A stretch of 64,000 bases of DNA from Lama guanicoe (Eukaryota): the NCBI GenBank assembly GCA_013239625.1, contig MU053873.1, positions 3,176,524 through 3,240,523 on the forward strand, read 5' to 3'. Position 1 is the stretch's first letter. Each line of letters opens with the position of its first letter. Shown here one piece after another: positions 59,152 to 64,000 of this stretch. The notes under the pieces were generated by a model that was not told the DNA's origin, made no database searches, and worked only from the letters and a program-made list of their open reading frames with translations. A program made the translations under genes and the position numbers.

Positions 59152-61039
59152 CTGGGGGCAGCAAGGACAGCATGTGAGGGTGGCCCACACCAACTGTATT
59201 ACCCTCAGCATTTCAGCTGCATTTTCATCTTTGGAGTGCAATGAGTCAAGTTATCCCCCCAGGCTCAGGGAGGGCAGAAGCGGTAGGTAAGTAGCCCAAA
59301 TGCTGCCTCTAGCCCTTCCAAGGGTCATCACAAGCGTCACTAATCAATCACACTCTTTTCCATTGAGTTCTGATGTAACCTCGGAATCCTTCTCAACACT
59401 CCTAAGATGAAATGAATTTGTCAGCCCTGCAGCAGGCATCAGCGGTGTTTTTTAGGTGGGTGGATAGGTGATAGAATCAAAGTTTATGTAGAAAGAGAGG
59501 AAATCGTGGAGAGGGAGATAATGTGCTCAAGATGTTCTCTTGACAATTCACTTCGCCTCTGATAAGCAACCTTTCTCTAGAAAACAGCCCTCTTAGAGTG
59601 CGCTTGTGAGAACTAACTGAGACGGCCCATGCAAAGCACCCAGCACGACACCCAGCACAAAGACGGTATTTATTTTTCTTTCCCCATTATTTTGAAAACG
59701 GAGAAAAAGGACTATTCCCTCCCTTCCCGGACGCCTGACGTAACAAAGACCTGTGTTCCCGTGAAGGAGACAAGCCTTTTAAATGAGAGCCTCCAAATCC
59801 TGCTCAGAGTAGGAAAAGAGCTGAGCACGCTGCTGAAACTGCGTGATCTTATGTAGAAGGTTCTAAAATTGGAGGCAGAAGTCTAGAATCTGGTTCTAGC
59901 TCAAAATTTTACTTTCTTGATTTTCATAAATGAGAGACTGACTCAAGTTCTTGCTTCTCAAATTTCGTGGCACATTAGAATTACCTGATGCATATTTTAA
60001 AATTTTCACTTTCAGAGCTTCACCCTAGACCTACTGGATCAGAATCTCTAGGGTACAGGCACCATGAACCTGGACTTTTGAGCTGTCACTGATCTATACT
60101 CCTTCACGCTGTGGCTCACGGAGCAGCACCGGAGCCCAACACCGCAGGAGAGCTAGACTGCACGGATGGCAAGGCTCTGACCATTCACAGCACTGCCCGG
60201 CCCCTCTCAGCAAGCCCGCAGGAGGTTCCAACCGCTGTCCCTAAGAGGGACATTTGGCTGAGGAAAAAAACCTTTTTTTTTTTTTTAAAACGTTGATGAT
60301 ATTCTCTACCATGTAGGAGTGTGGTGAAGAGGAGGAAGAGCAGCGTGCATCAGAGCCCCTCCTGCAGTTTCTGGCATAAAGGAGGCGCACGTTAGATGCC
60401 AATTTCTTTCCTCGCCTCCTTTAAAATGACAGAGGTTATGGGAAGATAATCCAAAATGAGGAGCTTAAGCAAGTAAATAAAATATTTCTTTTTCATTTTT
60501 TCCTAGCCTCCTGGACACTCCTGACATCTGCAATACCATTTATGTGTCAAGCTTATATGAGTTAACATAAAATTTCCTGGAAAAAGTGCTTTATTGTAAT
60601 CAATAAATATCTCCCGGATGTCTACAGCAGCCCAGTGCAGCAGGGGGTTATGGGTGAAGCTGAAGGTGGATGACAGTGTTGAGTCAGCTCTGCCTCGTGT
60701 GGATGCAGAGGGTGGAACCCGGGAAGCTGCATCCACTGTGGGTCCCTGAGGTCATGGTAGCACATCTCTGCTTCTGAGCATTGAGTGGTCCCCTCGTGGT
60801 ATCTTCAAGAATTAACACGATTTTCCAAAGTGCTTGCTTTACTCTTCACCCTGGGCTGCCATGCGATGCTGTTCTGTCGTCTATGACCCTTAACAACCTA
60901 CACAGATAACCCACCTCCTTTGAGAACCTTCAGAGATTCAGAGCTGGGGTTGGGGGAAGCTAGGGGGTTGACAAGGCTCCAATTTCACTGTACAGATGAG
61001 GAGACTGGAGTCCAGAGAAAACAGGGGGCTTCCCAAACG

Positions 61040-61400
61040 TCACCAGACACCATCTAGATGTGACCATCTTGCAGTTCCTTAAATGTCACTTGACTTTCCT
61101 GCCTCCAGGCCTTTGCACGGGCTGTTCCCCCAGCCTGGAACTCTCTTGGTCAGCCAACTCAGACTCATGCTCCAGCTTTCAGATTCAGTGAATGTCACTT
61201 CCACCAGGAAGTCTTCCCTGACTGTTTCCCCAAACTCTCTCCCCAAACCAGATCTGCAAGTTAAACTTTGCCATAGCACTCAGCATGATGATAAACTTCC
61301 AGAGAGCAGAGCTCACATCTGTCTTGTTCACAGCTGTATCCCTAGCATCTGCACTGTGCCAGACACAAAGTAGGTGATTAATAAATACGGGTTTGACTGA
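61040..61400 (+). mobile_element. LINE L2 3' end
   Basis: ggcctttgcacgggctgttccc..gcctggaac...gtcacttccaccaggaagtcttccctgac...gctgtatccctagca...gtgccagacacaaagtagg. Confidence 0.75.
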
Positions 61401-62139
61401 GTAAAGAAACCCTGTATTCTGAACTGTTCTAGCCTCTCCCTCCATGCCTGCCACAGCCATGTCTCAGTACTCAACAGGCTCCATCCCAAAAGAGGGGGTG
61501 GTGAGTGAGAAGCAAAGGCCGCCACCCCAGGCTCCCCTCGACCTCCAACCCCGTCATCCCTTTCACCAGAGTTGCTCAGAGCTTATCCACTTTACATATT
61601 CATGCTGTCTGATCAGACCTTTTTGAAAAAGGAGTTCCAACCTCAACACCACTTAGAGTAATTACCCCTTTATGAAACTCCTTTTAGAGCTAAGCACCAA
61701 GACAAGACTTGTTTCCCCTTGAAAAACTGGTTATTTTCATCTTGGGGATGATAAAAAGCACGTAACTCACATTTCCTTTTTCTCTCTGGCCACCAGGAAT
61801 TTCCGAGCTAAAACTATTACGTGTGTAAGAGTATATGTTGTGCGTGTCTGCACAGTAATTCACCATTCCATCCTTCCTTAGCACCAACTTTAATTTGTGT
61901 CTTTCTGGTTTGGTTTGTTTTATTTATATTTTCTCTATTTTATTATGCATACATCTTATAAGCTGCTTCAAATCCTTTGTGGAATGATTGGGCAGATAAA
62001 CAAACAAGCAGACATAAAATATTCATCTGGCGCTTCGCTGAGGGAGCTGGTACAAGAGTATTTGATTCCTGCTTTGTTCCCCTTAGTTACGCTGCATTTT
62101 CTAAAGATTCCCATCCCAACCTTCCTGGAGGCAGGTATT

Positions 62140-62700
62140 CGAGGCCCTGTGGAGTCAGACGGAGCAGACTCCAAGTCCCATCCCCGCCACTGTCTCCCCG
62201 CCTCAGCTTCCACATCTGTAAAGTGCAGATAAGACTGATAACTGCACATCGATTTCTCATGCAGATTCATGAGGTGATATATGAGGAGACCTTAGGGCTG
62301 AGTCCGGTATCCAGACAGTGCTCAATAAATATCAGATCCTGGGCCAACAGTTATTTGCTGAGTACCAACTATGTACCTGTTCTCATTCTAGGCTCTGGGA
62401 ATGCTCTGATAAGCCAGATGAACCAAAAATTCCTGCCTTCCTGAAACTTATATTCTAACGGGGGAGAGACTCATTGAGCACATTCTAACAACACTAGCGA
62501 AGATGACGGCAGCTGCTACAAGGTAGGGGGGTGGGAAGTGAATGTGGCGTGGGGTGGGGTTGTTTTCAAGAAAGAGATCAGGGCGAGTTTCTCAGAGGAG
62601 GTGACACGGATGCTTGCAGGACGGGAGGAGTGGGCTAGCTCATAAAGGATCTGAATGTCAGACTGAGGTGTTGTGAGGCTCTCTGGAGTACTAGGGAGCT
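62140..62700. mobile_element. MIR (plus strand, ~62140-62340) followed by L2 (minus strand, ~62345-62700)
   Basis: cctcagcttccacatctgtaaag...gtgctcaataaat; tatttgctgagtaccaactatgt...aacttatattcta..ggggagagac. Confidence 0.65.
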
Positions 62701-62809
62701 ACAGGGGAACAAGGAGCAGCTCAGTAGGAACCCATGTCTATTTTAATAACAGCCTTCTGCACTGGAGTCACCACAGGGCAGGGCATCGCCCTGGACGGGA
62801 CTTTCCTAC

Positions 62810-63010
62810 CTGCTCCAGCTGCTTGATGGTGTTTTCCTGCTGGTTCTGGATTTTCTCTTGCTCAAGGGCACTGGATTCCAGCTTCCAGAGCCTCTCCTTT
62901 AAGCTGGCGACGCAATTTTCCCCCACAGAGGGGGACCCCAGCAGTTCCTGCTTATGGGCCTGCAGCATCTCCACCTCCCGCTTCAGCTGCAGGGTTTCTT
63001 GCTCCTTTTG
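62810..63010 (-). CDS. MYO18B: MYO18B coding exon (~ex31), 201 nt: QKEQETLQLKREVEMLQAHKQELLGSPSVGENCVASLKERLWKLESSALEQEKIQNQQENTIKQLEQ
   Basis: Pyrimidine-rich acceptor ...cccctttatctctag; donor GTAGGA; 67 codons, phase 0/0. Confidence 0.95.
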
Positions 63011-63846
63011 CTAGAGATAAAGGGGGGCAGAGATCCGGAGTCACGTGACCACCCTCCCCTGGGGACACCTCTACAACTTGCAGGTAGGCGCTGTCCACTT
63101 TCAGTGCATGCCATCCACCTGGCCCTGCAGCCCCTCACCGTGGCCCCTGTGGGACACCAAGGTCCTCTCTCCAGAAAAGCTCAGACAGGCAAGGGTGGGG
63201 TGTGTGTGGGAGAGCAGCACCGCTGCCCTAGAGCAAGACCTTAAAGCACAAACAAGAAATGTTGTTCCCCCGTGTAAGCTGTGTACGTGCCAAGGCTGGG
63301 CCTGAGATGTTGCAGCAGGGAGGCAAAGTGGCCAGAAATGACTCTTCAAGGTTAGAAAGTCAGCTCAAGAGTCAAAGAACTCTGGGCTGGGTCATGAAGG
63401 AGCCACACGCCAGGCTAAGGGATTTAAAGGTTCTTCGGGGTAAGAGGGAGCCACAGCAGGCTGAGGAGCAGATGAGTGAGGGGCCTGTGTCATATTTTAA
63501 TAAAATCCCTCCACATTGGAGCCCGCAGGGGACAGGGCACTGCCCCGAGGTGGGTCTACAGCTAACTCGTTCTGTGCCAAACCTCTTGCCCTTCCAGGGG
63601 ACCACCTCAAAACTCATGCAGGAGACCGAAGCAAGATTATGAGTGACATGGAGGGAGAGAGGTCTGATTATCCATCACCCACCACCCACGGTTAGCTTTA
63701 TTAAGGCACACTAGGCCCTGGGAGTCCAGCCAGCTGGACACTCACACCAAGTTCTCTCCCATCTCCCTTTGCAGCAAGTGTGCGGGGGGGGGGGTCCTGA
63801 GACCCAGCAACCAAAGGCCCAGTGGCCCTGCGCATGCGCCCCTCAC

Positions 63847-63970
63847 CTCCAGGCACTGTTGCAGCCTGCCCAGCTCACACCGCACACTGGTGTTCTCCTG
63901 GGTCACTTTCTCGCGGAGGCCCTTCTCAAACACGGACTCGCCCAGGACCTGGGCCAGCTGCGTGTCAAAC
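63847..63970 (-). CDS. MYO18B: MYO18B coding exon (~ex30), 124 nt: (1 nt)FDTQLAQVLGESVFEKGLREKVTQENTSVRCELGRLQQCLE
   Basis: Acceptor ...ttggacag at 63971; donor GTGAGG at 63846; lies within ORF 63742-63987; 1+123 nt. Confidence 0.95.
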
Positions 63971-64000
63971 CTGTCCAAGCAGAACACATGTCATGGCCAT

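Larger units (their letters stand above)
1..64000 (-). other. MYO18B: Internal portion of the MYO18B gene (coiled-coil tail exons, approx. exons 30-39 in human numbering as recalled); gene extends beyond both window ends
   Basis: Ten exons with AG acceptors and GT (one GC) donors join in frame into a 444-codon heptad-rich peptide (FDTQLAQVLGESVFEKGLREKV...QREAEASRRCVEL) that I recognise as the myosin-18B tail. No start or stop codon lies in the window. Confidence 0.95.

Noticed and set aside
24042..63014. Plus-strand ORFs overlapping exons (e.g. 24271-24453, 28047-28286, 29010-29213, 46861-47070, 59063-59290, 62673-63014)
   Set aside because: Antisense shadows of CAG/GAG/CTG-rich coiled-coil codons; no independent evidence of an antisense gene.

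Overview
This is mammalian genomic DNA with no prokaryotic, CRISPR or RNA-gene features. The whole window lies inside one large minus-strand gene, MYO18B (unconventional myosin XVIIIB). Ten coding exons (63847-63970 down to 24235-24420; 1333 nt, 1 nt + 444 codons) splice into one open frame encoding the coiled-coil tail. Positions 1-24234 are one long intron whose downstream exon lies outside the window. Introns are filled with ancient eutherian repeats (MIR, L2, MaLR/MLT1 LTRs, MER20/MER5/MER58/MER63 DNA transposons, a decayed ~4-kb L1), plus one ERV1-type solo LTR and two young L1 3' ends with target-site duplications (TSDs). The L1 tails and the apparent lack of Alu, Bov, PRE or Can SINEs suggest a camelid (inference). 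I did not find a new biological system. The best leads are: a GC splice donor that the reading frame requires, backed by G-runs; four consecutive in-frame exons with weak donors; a repeated 15-mer behind one of them; a gene-sense solo LTR with an intact poly(A) signal; and candidate muscle (MEF2, E-box) and heat-shock motif clusters. Exon and TSD coordinates were read base by base. Repeat family names and exon numbers are from memory, and repeat boundaries are approximate.
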